64,000 nucleotides of DNA, from contig JAWLHY010000020.1 in assembly GCA_041690135.1 (NCBI GenBank), positions 25,542 through 89,541 of the forward strand. The letters run 5' to 3'. Below, piece after piece: positions 29,401 through 39,248 of the stretch. Position numbers and translations under genes: made by a program. The DNA comes from Armatimonadota bacterium (GTDB lineage Bacteria > Armatimonadota > SYMT01). The notes under the pieces are model-generated. The model was not told where the DNA came from. It did not search any database and saw nothing but the letters and a program-made list of their open reading frames with translations. Numbering within the stretch: the first letter of the stretch is position 1; the number at the start of each line of letters is the position of its first letter.

Positions 29401-29456
29401 CGTTCTACTATTCAGTATACCCGTGCGGGGGCCGGCAGTTCCGGATCCGGGCGCCC

Positions 29457-30236
29457 TCAACGATCACTCCACACGTAGTCGAACAGCAACGCCGAAAGCG
29501 TTACCATGGCTACCACGTAGGACACTAAGGGGATGAGGTAGTTGCCGGGTATTCCCCGGCTTGCTGCTGCGGTTCCGTTGATTGCAAAAACAAGGATCGG
29601 CAACAGGATCGGGAACGCGAGCGGCAGCATGAGATAGGTTCGCCCCCCCGCGCGGGCGACCATCGCTCCGACGATCGTGGTGCTGCCCGCCATCCCCAGA
29701 GAACCCGCCACCAGATATCCTACGAAAAGCGGCCAGTTCTTGATCCACGGGTGCAGCATGAAGAGGTAAAGTGGGAAGATGACGCTGACCACCGTCAGCA
29801 TCAGCCCCACATTGAAGAGCAGCTTCCCGGCGAACACTGCGCTGGGTAGGGCCGTTAGCCGCAACGCGGGGGCGGTTCGCATTTCCTCTTCTTTCAGGAA
29901 AGTCCGCGGCAGGCCCGCCATCGCACTGAAGAAGAGAATGATCCAGAGCAGACCCGCCAGCACAGCGTGGCGAGTGGGAGTTCCTTCAGGGACGGTGCCC
30001 AGAATTCGCGCATTGGGGTCCGCTTGGAGCACTTCCACGTAGTTCTCGATTAGCCCCAGTTCGGTGAGGCCCTGCCCTTCCACGCGGACCAGAAAACTCA
30101 CGGTGACCAGGGTGACCAGCCCGAACAGCAGGATCGTGGCTACCGCGGAAGGCGTGCGCATCTCCGACCGCACGTCCTTTAGGAACACGGCCCAGGTCTC
30201 TCCCCACCAGTTCTCCCGCGCCGGCTTCACGCTCAA
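29457..30236 (-). CDS. ccmB: Heme exporter protein CcmB
   Basis: KDVRSEMR, GLLWIILFFS, FLKEEE, GKLLFN and LAFPILLP; TTG start overlapping the ccmA stop (start inferred). Confidence 0.88.
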   Translation of the reverse strand: MSVKPARENWWGETWAVFLKDVRSEMRTPSAVATILLFGLVTLVTVSFLVRVEGQGLTELGLIENYVEVLQADPNARILGTVPEGTPTRHAVLAGLLWIILFFSAMAGLPRTFLKEEEMRTAPALRLTALPSAVFAGKLLFNVGLMLTVVSVIFPLYLFMLHPWIKNWPLFVGYLVAGSLGMAGSTTIVGAMVARAGGRTYLMLPLAFPILLPILVFAINGTAAASRGIPGNYLIPLVSYVVAMVTLSALLFDYVWSDR

Positions 30237-30937
30237 GCGGTGCCTCCCAGGTGCAGGAAGAGGTCGCCGTAGCGGGTCTCGCGCGGATCGTTGGTGGCGA
30301 GCACCAGAATGCCCCGCGACCGCTGCTCGCTGATCACCTGGTCCACGATCTGCACTCCGGATTCGTCCAACATCGCCGTCGGCTCGTCCAACAGGAGCAC
30401 TAACGGTTCCGAATAGAGCGCCACGGCGTACTTCGCCCGCACCCGCATCCCGGAAGAAAAGGTCCCGGTCAGGTCTCGCTCCCGCCCGGCCAATCCCACG
30501 CGGGCCAGGAGTTGCACAGCCTTCTCCCGCTGCCACGGCAGGCCCCGCACACGAGCGAAGAACTCCAGGTTCTCCAGGGCCGTGAGCTCCGGATATAGGG
30601 TGAGATCGGGCGCGACCAGGCTCAGGATGCGGCGGCGGTCGTCCACGGCCACGTCTTTCCCCCCTGAGACGAAGCGGACGGCGCCCCGGTCCGGAGGAAG
30701 CAGGCCCGCGATCACCGAAAGCAGCGTAGACTTGCCCGAACCGTTATGCCCCGTGACGACGAGCGTCTCCCCCGTCCGCACTTCCGCGCACACGTTGCTG
30801 AAGACGGACCGATGGCCAAAGCGCTTGGTGACATTGTCCAGGTGGAGCTCGAACAAGGGGTTTCGCCCAGCCTCCCGAGTCGCCGGCGCAGTCGCCGGGC
30901 CGCGCGGATTATCCCAGAAAGCGTTTGAAACCGTCAA
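30233..30937 (-). CDS. ccmA: Heme ABC exporter ATP-binding protein CcmA
   Basis: Walker A GHNGSGKST, LTALENL, FSSGM and LLLDEP; start uncertain. Confidence 0.88.
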   Translation of the reverse strand: MTVSNAFWDNPRGPATAPATREAGRNPLFELHLDNVTKRFGHRSVFSNVCAEVRTGETLVVTGHNGSGKSTLLSVIAGLLPPDRGAVRFVSGGKDVAVDDRRRILSLVAPDLTLYPELTALENLEFFARVRGLPWQREKAVQLLARVGLAGRERDLTGTFSSGMRVRAKYAVALYSEPLVLLLDEPTAMLDESGVQIVDQVISEQRSRGILVLATNDPRETRYGDLFLHLGGTA

Positions 30938-31114
30938 ATCGCCCCGGGAATTGAAGACGACTGGCGTCCGGCAATCCGCGTCATAAGGGGTGGACCGTTC
31001 GAGCGGTGTCGCGGACGGACCGACCATTACTGCGGGCGGAGCCTCGCAACGAATGAATTCGTCCTTCAGGTGACCGGGGGATCCTGGATGGACGTGGCTG
31101 ATCACGGAGTACGT

Positions 31115-32941
31115 ATGGATCGACGGAACTGGATACGACGCGGCGGCTGGCTGGCGGCCGGAGTGGCCGGTCTGGTAGTGGGAGGGACGCTGCTTCCTTC
31201 ACCTGGAAAGAAGACCGAACGGAGCACAAAGCCGGGAGCGCGGGGCACGGCTAACTACAGCGTCAGCGTGGATCTCCGCGATGCCCTGAAGCAGGCGGCC
31301 CGGAAGCGGGCGGATTTGAAGCGAAGCGCCAGCCGGCGTGCCGGGCAGGAAACTGCCACCCACGCGCAGGCGGTTCCGGCGACAGCGGGGCAGCGGAAGC
31401 GCGGGTCGGCGAGCCTTCCCTCCGGTGGGCGCCGGCAATGGAAGCAGATCCCGGAGTTCCACCGGCGCGGATTTGAGCAGTTGAAGGCGCAGGCCAACGC
31501 GGGCCGCAACGGCCTCCGGGCGATGCAGACCCTGTTCATGGCCCAACGAGACCGCGCGGCCACGAAGGCGATCAACGACCGGAACAAGCGACCAAAGGCG
31601 AAGAAGTATGAGGGCCTCGGTTACCGCGACGAATTCCCCGAATCGTGGCAACCGCCGGACCCGGTCTGCGCCGCCGGTCCGAACCATGTTCTGGAGGCCG
31701 TGAATGACGATTTCACCGTGCTGGACAAGCGCGGGCGGGTGGTCCTGGACGATGGCGCCGGCAACCACTCCCTCGACTTCAACAGCTTCTTTGGGACGAT
31801 TCCGGGCAGCGAGGAAGTGGACTGGTTCGATCCTCGCTGCCTCTATGACGAAAGTTCGGGCCGATTTTTCCTGGCGGTCGCCGGGCTGGACCTCCTGGAG
31901 TTCGACGAGTCCTGGTTCGCGGTGGCCGTCAGCAATACTTCCGATCCTACCGGTACCTGGACCATCCACGGAACCCGCACCGACCGCGATGGCAATACCC
32001 CGTCTGGCGACTTCGGCGACTTCCCGGATATCGGCATCCGGGGAGACTTCTTCGTAGCCTCCTTTAACCAGTTCGACCTGGTCACCAACGAGTTCCAATA
32101 TGCAAAGGTTCGGGTGTTCAGCAAGGCCGCGCTGTTGAACCCCGGGTCGGTGAGTTACGTCGACTTCATCAATCTCCAGGAGGAAGACGGCAGCCTCGCC
32201 GATACCCTGCGCACCTGCAAACACCGGGGTGCGAACGATGCGTTCTACATGGTGAGCTGCAAGTTCGATAGCGGCAATACGGCCTCGATCTGGCGCCTTA
32301 CCGGGACTCCGGCCAATCCGTCCCTTTCCTCCACCATGGTTGGCGGCCTGGCGCCGTACGGCATCCCCCCGGCGGCGCGGCAACCCGGCGCGCCCACTTC
32401 CCTTTCGTTCAACGCCATCGATACCAGCGACGCCCGCCTGTTCTGCGCGGTGGCCGAAGATAACCAGATCGTCACGGCCCATAACACCGCGTACCTCTGG
32501 CCAAAGAGCAGCGAGCTGGAATGCGCCATCCACTGGTTCCAGCTCAACGCGGAGGCGGGCTTCGAGGCGGTTGTCCAACAGGGAATCTACGGCGGGAAGG
32601 GCTTCGACTACTATTACCCGGCCCTGGATACCTCCGCCGGCAAGAGCCCCGGAATCGCGATGGTGTTCAGCCGCAGTGGCCCCCGCGAGAACCCGGGGGT
32701 CCGCACCACCTCCCGCAACGCCCGTCTCGCGGCCGGACAACTCCGCCCCAGCAAACTGCTGCGGGCCGGGAACGGGCCCTTCACCCCGGAGGACGACTTC
32801 CTCCGTTGGGGCGACTACTCCGGCGCCGACCGAGATCCGGCCAACCCCGCCCAGGTGTTCCTGGTGGGTGAATACTCCAACACCCGGCTGGCGAATAATC
32901 CGAACGCCTGGGGAACGCAGTTGGGGGTAGTCAAGCCGTAG
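31115..32941 (+). CDS. Hypothetical exported beta-rich protein
   Basis: RR plus hydrophobic N-terminus, a basic linker, then PPDP..AAGPNHV, FDPRCLYD, SNTSDPTGTW and RWGDYS motifs. Confidence 0.8.
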   Translation: MDRRNWIRRGGWLAAGVAGLVVGGTLLPSPGKKTERSTKPGARGTANYSVSVDLRDALKQAARKRADLKRSASRRAGQETATHAQAVPATAGQRKRGSASLPSGGRRQWKQIPEFHRRGFEQLKAQANAGRNGLRAMQTLFMAQRDRAATKAINDRNKRPKAKKYEGLGYRDEFPESWQPPDPVCAAGPNHVLEAVNDDFTVLDKRGRVVLDDGAGNHSLDFNSFFGTIPGSEEVDWFDPRCLYDESSGRFFLAVAGLDLLEFDESWFAVAVSNTSDPTGTWTIHGTRTDRDGNTPSGDFGDFPDIGIRGDFFVASFNQFDLVTNEFQYAKVRVFSKAALLNPGSVSYVDFINLQEEDGSLADTLRTCKHRGANDAFYMVSCKFDSGNTASIWRLTGTPANPSLSSTMVGGLAPYGIPPAARQPGAPTSLSFNAIDTSDARLFCAVAEDNQIVTAHNTAYLWPKSSELECAIHWFQLNAEAGFEAVVQQGIYGGKGFDYYYPALDTSAGKSPGIAMVFSRSGPRENPGVRTTSRNARLAAGQLRPSKLLRAGNGPFTPEDDFLRWGDYSGADRDPANPAQVFLVGEYSNTRLANNPNAWGTQLGVVKP

Positions 32942-33028
32942 TTGGCGAGAGGTTCTCAGGTCGGTTACAGTGGTCGTAGGATTTCCCGGCACCGGGTTTT
33001 GGGAGACCCTACGACCCACTGAAACACC

Positions 33029-34429
33029 ATGATCCGACCAGGTGAATACATTCGCGACCTCTTCCAGAAGCCCGTAGGCACCGCGGTCTCCGCGCACGGC
33101 TGGGTGAAGACCCGGCGGGACAGTAAAGGCGTTCACTTCGTTCAGTTGAACGACGGCAGCGGTTTCCAGGACCTGCAGGTGGTCATCGACGCCGGGGCCT
33201 TGCCGGAGGAGACCATGAAGCAGGTCACCACCGGCGCTTGCGTGCGGGTGGACGGGGAATTGGTGGAGTCGCCCGCCGCCGGACAGGCCGTGGAGCTGAA
33301 AGCGCGAGCGATCCACGTCTTTGGAGGGGCCGACCCGGCCACCTACCCGCTCCAGAAGAAGGGGCACACGATGGAGTTCCTGCGGGAGATCTCGCATCTC
33401 CGCACGCGCTCCAACACCTTCGGCGCCGTGTTCCGGGTGCGGAACGCGCTTTGCCACGCCATCCACCAGTTCTTTCAGGAGCGCGGGTTCGTTTACGTAC
33501 AAACGCCGATCATCACCGCTTCGGACTGCGAGGGCGCGGGTGAAATGTTCGGCGTAACCACGCTGGACCTGATGAACGTGCCCCGCACCCCCGAGGGCCA
33601 GGTGGACTACGCCGAGGATTTCTTCGGCAAGCCGGCCTTCCTGACGGTCAGCGGCCAGCTCGAAGCGGAGATCTTCGCGCTGTCGTTCACCAACGTCTAC
33701 ACGTTCGGGCCGACCTTCCGGGCGGAGAACTCGAACACGCCGCGCCACCTGGCGGAGTTCTGGATGGTCGAGCCGGAGATGGCGTTCTGCGACCTGGACG
33801 GCAACCGGAAGCTCGCCGAAGAGTTCCTGAAGTACATCATCGCGTACGTGCTGGACCACTGCGCCGCCGACCTGGAGTTCTTCAACAAGCGGATCGACAA
33901 CACCGTCCTCGAAACCCTCCAACATGTAGCTGCCAGCGACTTCGAGCACATCACGTACACGGAAGCGGTCCGGATTCTGGAGAAGGCGCGGGACAACGGC
34001 AGGAACTGGGAGTTCCCCATCCATTGGGGCGCCAACCTGCAGGCGGAGCACGAGCGTTTCCTGGCGGAAGAAACCTTCAAGAAACCGGTTGTCGTCACGG
34101 ACTACCCCAAGGAGATCAAGGCGTTCTACATGCGCCTGAACGAGGACGACAAAACAGTCCGCGCCATGGACGTCCTCGCCCCCCGGATCGGCGAGATCAT
34201 CGGCGGCAGCCAGCGTGAGGAACGTTACGACGTGCTGCTGGAAAAGATCCGCAAGCAGGACCTATCCGAAGAAGCTTACTGGTGGTACCTGGAGCTTCGG
34301 AAGTATGGCAGCGCGCCGCATGCAGGCTTCGGGCTCGGGCTGGAGCGGATGCTGATGTACCTCACCGGCATGAAGAACATCCGGGACGTGATCCCGTTCC
34401 CCCGCACGCCCGGATCCGCCGAGTTTTAG
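33029..34429 (+). CDS. asnS: Asparagine--tRNA ligase
   Basis: [43 protein letters not shown] and GGSQREER. Confidence 0.98.
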   Translation: MIRPGEYIRDLFQKPVGTAVSAHGWVKTRRDSKGVHFVQLNDGSGFQDLQVVIDAGALPEETMKQVTTGACVRVDGELVESPAAGQAVELKARAIHVFGGADPATYPLQKKGHTMEFLREISHLRTRSNTFGAVFRVRNALCHAIHQFFQERGFVYVQTPIITASDCEGAGEMFGVTTLDLMNVPRTPEGQVDYAEDFFGKPAFLTVSGQLEAEIFALSFTNVYTFGPTFRAENSNTPRHLAEFWMVEPEMAFCDLDGNRKLAEEFLKYIIAYVLDHCAADLEFFNKRIDNTVLETLQHVAASDFEHITYTEAVRILEKARDNGRNWEFPIHWGANLQAEHERFLAEETFKKPVVVTDYPKEIKAFYMRLNEDDKTVRAMDVLAPRIGEIIGGSQREERYDVLLEKIRKQDLSEEAYWWYLELRKYGSAPHAGFGLGLERMLMYLTGMKNIRDVIPFPRTPGSAEF

Positions 34430-34452
34430 GTGGCCGTCATCCCGCCGTTTCC

Positions 34453-34495
34453 CAGGCCCATCCGGCAACTTTCGTCGGATGGGCCTGTTTACTTA
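34453..34495 (+). terminator. Terminator after asnS
   Basis: CAGGCCCATCCGGC...GTCGGATGGGCCTG followed by TTTACTT. Confidence 0.8.
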
Positions 34496-34665
34496 TTAGT
34501 CGAGAGATCACCGAAATTGTGTCCACCAAAAGATAGGTAGCGGTTCCTGTGCAAACACCTGTATCCTTACCGCGATATCGTGCGAAGAGGCGAATTCTTT
34601 GCGGTTCGTGGCATACTCCGTCCTGTACAGCGGACTTCGCACGTACCATCGCGTAAGGAGCCCCT

Positions 34666-35199
34666 ATGAAACAAATCTACTGCATCGCCGCCTGCGGTAC
34701 CCTGCTCGCCCTGTCTCTCACCCAGTCTTCTTTCAGCCGGCCCTCGGACGGGCTTCCGGCCAGTGAAGTCAAGCGGGGCCTGGCAATCAGTCCCGTGGAA
34801 CTGAGCCTTCGCGGCAGGAACAAGAGCCTCATCGGCCGCGGCAGCTACATCGTCAACGCGCAAGGCGGCTGCAACGACTGCCACACCTCCCCTTCCTACG
34901 AGCCCGATGGAAATCCCTTCGAAGGGGAACCGGAACAGATCAACACGGAGAACTACCTGGCAGGGGGCCAGCAGTTCGGTCCTTTCACTTCCCGCAACAT
35001 CACCCCGGACGCCCAGGGTCGACCGGCCGGGATGACCTTCCAGGAATTCAAGACGGTCCTGCGCACCGGTATCGATCTGTCCGGCCACCGTCTTCAGGTG
35101 ATGCCGTGGCCAGTGTATGGAAAAATGACCGATCAGGACCTCAAAGCCGTTTATGAGTACCTGCGGGCCATTCCGCATGCCGAGCCGCCGGCTCCTTAA
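34666..35199 (+). CDS. Mono-heme c-type cytochrome, exported
   Basis: Signal peptide, RGSYIVN..GCNDCHT, YLAGG, RNITPD and VMPW (Met ligand); AAGGAG RBS. Confidence 0.9.
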   Translation: MKQIYCIAACGTLLALSLTQSSFSRPSDGLPASEVKRGLAISPVELSLRGRNKSLIGRGSYIVNAQGGCNDCHTSPSYEPDGNPFEGEPEQINTENYLAGGQQFGPFTSRNITPDAQGRPAGMTFQEFKTVLRTGIDLSGHRLQVMPWPVYGKMTDQDLKAVYEYLRAIPHAEPPAP

Positions 35200-35216
35200 T
35201 CCGGGTGTACACAACA

Positions 35217-35257
35217 ACGGCGCTCCCCAACGAAAGCAGTTCGTTGGGGAGCGCCGT
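35217..35257. terminator. Bidirectional hairpin between convergent cytochrome genes
   Basis: ACGGCGCTCCCCAACGAA-agcag-TTCGTTGGGGAGCGCCGT. Confidence 0.75.
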
Positions 35258-35277
35258 GATCTTAACCCAGTTCTCCG

Positions 35278-36633
35278 CTACAGGCTGCGGAGGAAGGCGA
35301 CGAGATCCTGGATCTCCTGTTCGGAATAGCCGATCGTGAAGCGCTCGTCGTAGAACTCCACCACCTGCCGCAGAGTAGCCGCCGACCCATCATGGAAAAA
35401 GGGAGCCCGGGATGCGAGGCCCCGGAGCGGCGCGATCTTGAACCGGTCCATATCGGACCACTTGCCGGTGATCAAGGCGCGACCGGGATCCGTCGTCTGG
35501 TGGATTGCCCCCGTGGAGAGGTTCCGCAGCGTATAGAGCGGGATATCCGCGGTGCGCCGAGCCGCCGTACTCAACCCCAGGTCCATAAACGCCCCCAGCG
35601 AGTTACTGCCCACATTCGGAGCGTTATGGCATGTGCTGCAGGTGACCGTGAGCGTAGGGAACCCCTGCACGTCGTTGAGACCACCTACCCCTGAAACGGC
35701 AAAACGCTTTCGGTTGAAGCTGGCCTCTCCCCGAGCGATCGACTCCCGAATTGCCGCCTGACCCGGATCGACCCCCTTGTTGCGGGTGAACGCTTTGAAG
35801 AGGGTGAAGACCTCCGGGTTGAACAGCGGTCGCCGCGTGCGGAACGGATCGTTGATCCCATCCCGGTAGCGCTGGGCGGCGAGCCGCTTCGGCCCGCCCC
35901 TTGCTCCCTTTGCGGTCAGCGATCCGGCAAGGTCATCCGTCACCTGAGCGGTGAACAGCGCCGACTCGAAATTCACGATCTGCTTCAGCACGGCCGCACT
36001 GGGTTCCGCCGCCGCCTGCGCGTGCCCCATCGTGGCGCCGCGTGCCTGATCCGCCAGGTTTTGCGCCAGCGTCTTGCCAGGGGTGGCGTTGCGACCGTCC
36101 CACATGACCGTGCCGAGGAACTTCAGGTTGGTAGCCGGTAAGGGCCGCCGGTACAGTGAGAGTTCGGCGGCGGACGCAAACTGGTAGGGATCATCCACCG
36201 CTTCCAGGCTGAATTCGGCGCCGGAGGGGATCGGCAGACCCACACGGATCAATCCACGCGTGCGCAGGAGCCGATAGGCCTCCCGGCGTGCGTCCACGGT
36301 GGAGACATCAGCATTCGGGGATACGGAGCCATCGTTCGTCCGGAAAAGTGGGTCCATGCCCTCCGTGGCTTCGAACCGAGCCTCGATTTCGGGGGGAGAG
36401 AGACTCCAGCCGGTGGACTCCACATGACAACTGGCGCAACTGCGGCCATTGGTCCCCAGGCTCTGAAAGAAAGGGTTGGTCGTATGGATGCGGCGCTGGC
36501 GCGTGTGGGTGAGCGCGGTGCCGGAAGGGTTCGGCGCCGGTTGTGGGCTGTTTGGGCCGGCAGCCACGGGAAGCAGGATCCCTAACCATGGCGCGCCCAG
36601 GCAGGCGCAGATTATTCGTTTACGAGCGGTCAA
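35278..36633 (-). CDS. Di-heme cytochrome c peroxidase/MauG superfamily protein
   Basis: CASCH and CSTCH, MWDGR, DPGRALITG, FKIAPLRGL, PFFHDGS and VVEFY. Confidence 0.85.
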   Translation of the reverse strand: MTARKRIICACLGAPWLGILLPVAAGPNSPQPAPNPSGTALTHTRQRRIHTTNPFFQSLGTNGRSCASCHVESTGWSLSPPEIEARFEATEGMDPLFRTNDGSVSPNADVSTVDARREAYRLLRTRGLIRVGLPIPSGAEFSLEAVDDPYQFASAAELSLYRRPLPATNLKFLGTVMWDGRNATPGKTLAQNLADQARGATMGHAQAAAEPSAAVLKQIVNFESALFTAQVTDDLAGSLTAKGARGGPKRLAAQRYRDGINDPFRTRRPLFNPEVFTLFKAFTRNKGVDPGQAAIRESIARGEASFNRKRFAVSGVGGLNDVQGFPTLTVTCSTCHNAPNVGSNSLGAFMDLGLSTAARRTADIPLYTLRNLSTGAIHQTTDPGRALITGKWSDMDRFKIAPLRGLASRAPFFHDGSAATLRQVVEFYDERFTIGYSEQEIQDLVAFLRSL

Positions 36634-36825
36634 TGGTCATCACTCCCAGCTTGCGGGCTCGCTTGCCATCCTAACAACAGCGGCGCCTCGCATAAAGTGC
36701 CGCCTCTCATTATCCAACACAAAGCGCCCGCCTGGTATGGTCCTTTGGTCGCAGTTTCTACGAACCTGCCGGACATGGGTAACATCCGTACAGCGATATT
36801 CGCTGGACGTCCGAAGGGAGGAGAT

Positions 36826-37749
36826 ATGGCGGGAGTTTGCGCGACGCCGGAGACGGGGCTGACCACCACCCAGGCGCCCTTCATCGAACAGGCCCAGCGG
36901 GCGGGACAACTCTACATTCACCAGCCTTACGACCTTTACTCGGCCGACAACCATGAGGCGTGGCGGCGGCTCTATGCGGGCATGGAGCCGCTCTGGCAGC
37001 ACTACGCCAACGACCATTTCCTGCGCGGCATCGAGAACCTCTGCCTCAACCCGGACCGGGTGCCGAACCTTCGCGACGTGAACCGCTTCCTGGAGCCGCT
37101 TACCGGCTTCCAGGCGAAGGCCGTCAGCGGTTACGTCCCGGCCTTTGCCTTCTTCGATTGCCTGCGCAACCGGGAGTTCCCCACCACCATTACCATTCGG
37201 GATGTCCGCACCCTGGACTACCTGCCTGAACCGGATATCTTCCACGACATTGCCGGCCACGTGCCGATGCACACCGAGCCAGCCTTCGCTGACACGCTGG
37301 TTCGGTTTGGGGATTGCGCCCACACGGCGGCCGAGATCGTCGCGGGCCTGCGAGATCCGGACGAACAGGTCCGGCGCATCACCAGCATCTTCAAAGCGCT
37401 CGCTCGGTTCTTCTGGTTCACTATCGAGTTCGGTCTGATGCGGGGTCCGCGCGGGCGGGGCCTCAAGGTCTACGGCAGCGGATTGCTAAGTTCACGCGGC
37501 GAGATCGCCCACTGTATCGAGGCGCCTGAGGTGCAGCGCTATCCCATTCAACTCGCGTGGGTGATCAATCAATACTTCGAGATCGACCACTACCAGCCGC
37601 TCCTCTTCGTCGTGGACTCGTTCGACCACCTCTTCGCACTGGTGGGTGAACTGGAAACCTGGATGAAACAAGGAAAACTCGACAACGTGGCGCCCGGAGA
37701 ACCGCACATGAGCGAAGCGGATGTCCGGAGCTTCCTGCACTTTCAATAG
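36826..37749 (+). CDS. phhA: Phenylalanine 4-monooxygenase
   Basis: PEPDIFHDIAGHVPM, FWFTIEFGL, YGSGLLSS.GE and YQP; GGAGG RBS. Confidence 0.9.
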   Translation: MAGVCATPETGLTTTQAPFIEQAQRAGQLYIHQPYDLYSADNHEAWRRLYAGMEPLWQHYANDHFLRGIENLCLNPDRVPNLRDVNRFLEPLTGFQAKAVSGYVPAFAFFDCLRNREFPTTITIRDVRTLDYLPEPDIFHDIAGHVPMHTEPAFADTLVRFGDCAHTAAEIVAGLRDPDEQVRRITSIFKALARFFWFTIEFGLMRGPRGRGLKVYGSGLLSSRGEIAHCIEAPEVQRYPIQLAWVINQYFEIDHYQPLLFVVDSFDHLFALVGELETWMKQGKLDNVAPGEPHMSEADVRSFLHFQ

Positions 37750-37759
37750 CGTCGACCAT

Positions 37760-38040
37760 CTTCCAGGGCGGGATGCCGGGTTGGAAGGTTGAAGGTTGGA
37801 GGTTGAAGGTTGGAGTTTGAAGCCCCCCTCGGGGGCCAGGGGTTGAAGGTTGGGCAGGGTGGTTCAGTTTTCGGAGTGGTCGGATCGGCAGCCCCGGAGG
37901 GGCGACAGAGATCGGGCGCCCGCATGCGGGCAGGGGGGGTGAGCGTAGCGCTGCCCCCGGAAGATACGGTGACCGCCCAATTTCGAGCCCTGGAAGGGCG
38001 GCAGAGGGCAGCATCTGCGAAAACTGAACCGCCCTGGAAG
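37760..38040. repeat. Composite REP/MITE-like element with inverted ends and heptamer repeats
   Basis: 12-bp IR 37760-37771/38029-38040; 18/19-bp IR 37855-37873/38018-38036; GGTTG(A/G)A heptamers; two GCCC(C/T)GGA(G/A)GGGCG(A/G)CAGAG units. Confidence 0.7.
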
Positions 38041-38150
38041 GTTGGGGATTGATTGGCGGGCGGGTGGGTTTACGAACTCTGGGTGATTGCCTAAAACCGA
38101 GAATGATCGAAATCTGACAAGAGTTAGAAAAATCAAGCTCGGGAGTAAGG

Positions 38151-39248
38151 ATGGCGACAGCACTGAAAGAGAGACCGCCGACAGATGCGACGGTCCGCAG
38201 CGAGCGCCTGGATGGAGAGACGGCGGCCCGGATTGCCGGACTACGTTATGTGGACGATAGCCGCCCCGGAATCCGGCGCCGAAAGCGTGGGCGGAGCTTC
38301 AGCTATGTGCGGGCTGACGGGAGAATGGTCACCGACGCGGCCACCCTGAAGCGGATCCGCTCTCTCGCCATCCCTCCCGCCTGGACGGAGGTGTGGATCT
38401 GCCCCACCCCGAACGGCCACATCCAGGCCACCGGCCGCGACGCGAAGGGAAGAAAGCAGTATCGGTATCACGCTCGCTGGCGCGAGGTGCGGGACGAAAC
38501 CAAGTACCACCGGATGCTGGCTTTCGGACGCGCCCTGCCAGGCATCCGTACGCATGTGGCCCAGGACCTCGCGCGGCCGGGTCTGGCGCGCGAGAAGGTT
38601 CTGGCAGCCGTAGTACGCCTCCTGGAGACGACCTTCATTCGCGTAGGCAACGAGGAGTACGCCCGTAAGAACGATTCGTTCGGCCTCACTACCTTACGCG
38701 ACGAACACGCCGAGATCGCGGGCAGCACGCTGGAGTTCCATTTTCGGGGCAAAAGCGGTGTCGAACACCACGTTCGCCTGCGGGACCGGAAGTTGGCCCG
38801 CATCGTGCGCCAGTGCCAGGATTTGCCGGGTCAGGTCCTCTTCCAATACCTGGGACAGGATGGCGAGCGCCACTCCATCTCATCCTGTGATGTGAACGAC
38901 TACCTCCGCGAAATCTCCGGTGAGGACTTCACCGCCAAGGACTTCCGGACCTGGGCCGGCACCGTCCTGGCGTTCCACGCGCTCCGCAAGTGCCTGCCCT
39001 GTGAGACCGAGCGAGAAGCCAAAAGGCAGGTGGTGCAGGTCGTCAAAGACGTGGCGAAGCGCCTCGGAAACACGCCGGCCGTCTGCCGGAAGGGATACAT
39101 CCACCCGGCCGTCCTTGAGACCTTCCTGGATGGAACCACGCGCCCCACCCTGGGAGCAGTGTGCCAGGAGGCGGATGGCCATGAATGGACGGCGCTCACG
39201 GAGCAGGAAGCAGCCGTGATGGTATTCCTAGAACGGCGTACGCGTTAA
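38151..39248 (+). CDS. DNA topoisomerase IB (poxvirus-like bacterial type)
   Basis: IPPAWTEVWI, GRDAKGRKQYRYH, RVGNEEY, FRGKSG, KDFRTW and LGNTPAVCRKGYIHP (catalytic Tyr). Confidence 0.96.
   Translation: MATALKERPPTDATVRSERLDGETAARIAGLRYVDDSRPGIRRRKRGRSFSYVRADGRMVTDAATLKRIRSLAIPPAWTEVWICPTPNGHIQATGRDAKGRKQYRYHARWREVRDETKYHRMLAFGRALPGIRTHVAQDLARPGLAREKVLAAVVRLLETTFIRVGNEEYARKNDSFGLTTLRDEHAEIAGSTLEFHFRGKSGVEHHVRLRDRKLARIVRQCQDLPGQVLFQYLGQDGERHSISSCDVNDYLREISGEDFTAKDFRTWAGTVLAFHALRKCLPCETEREAKRQVVQVVKDVAKRLGNTPAVCRKGYIHPAVLETFLDGTTRPTLGAVCQEADGHEWTALTEQEAAVMVFLERRTR

Noticed and set aside
31199-34051. 950-aa minus-strand ORF
   Set aside because: Antisense shadow of asnS and the 31115 gene. Such shadows are common in GC-rich DNA, and it has no motifs.
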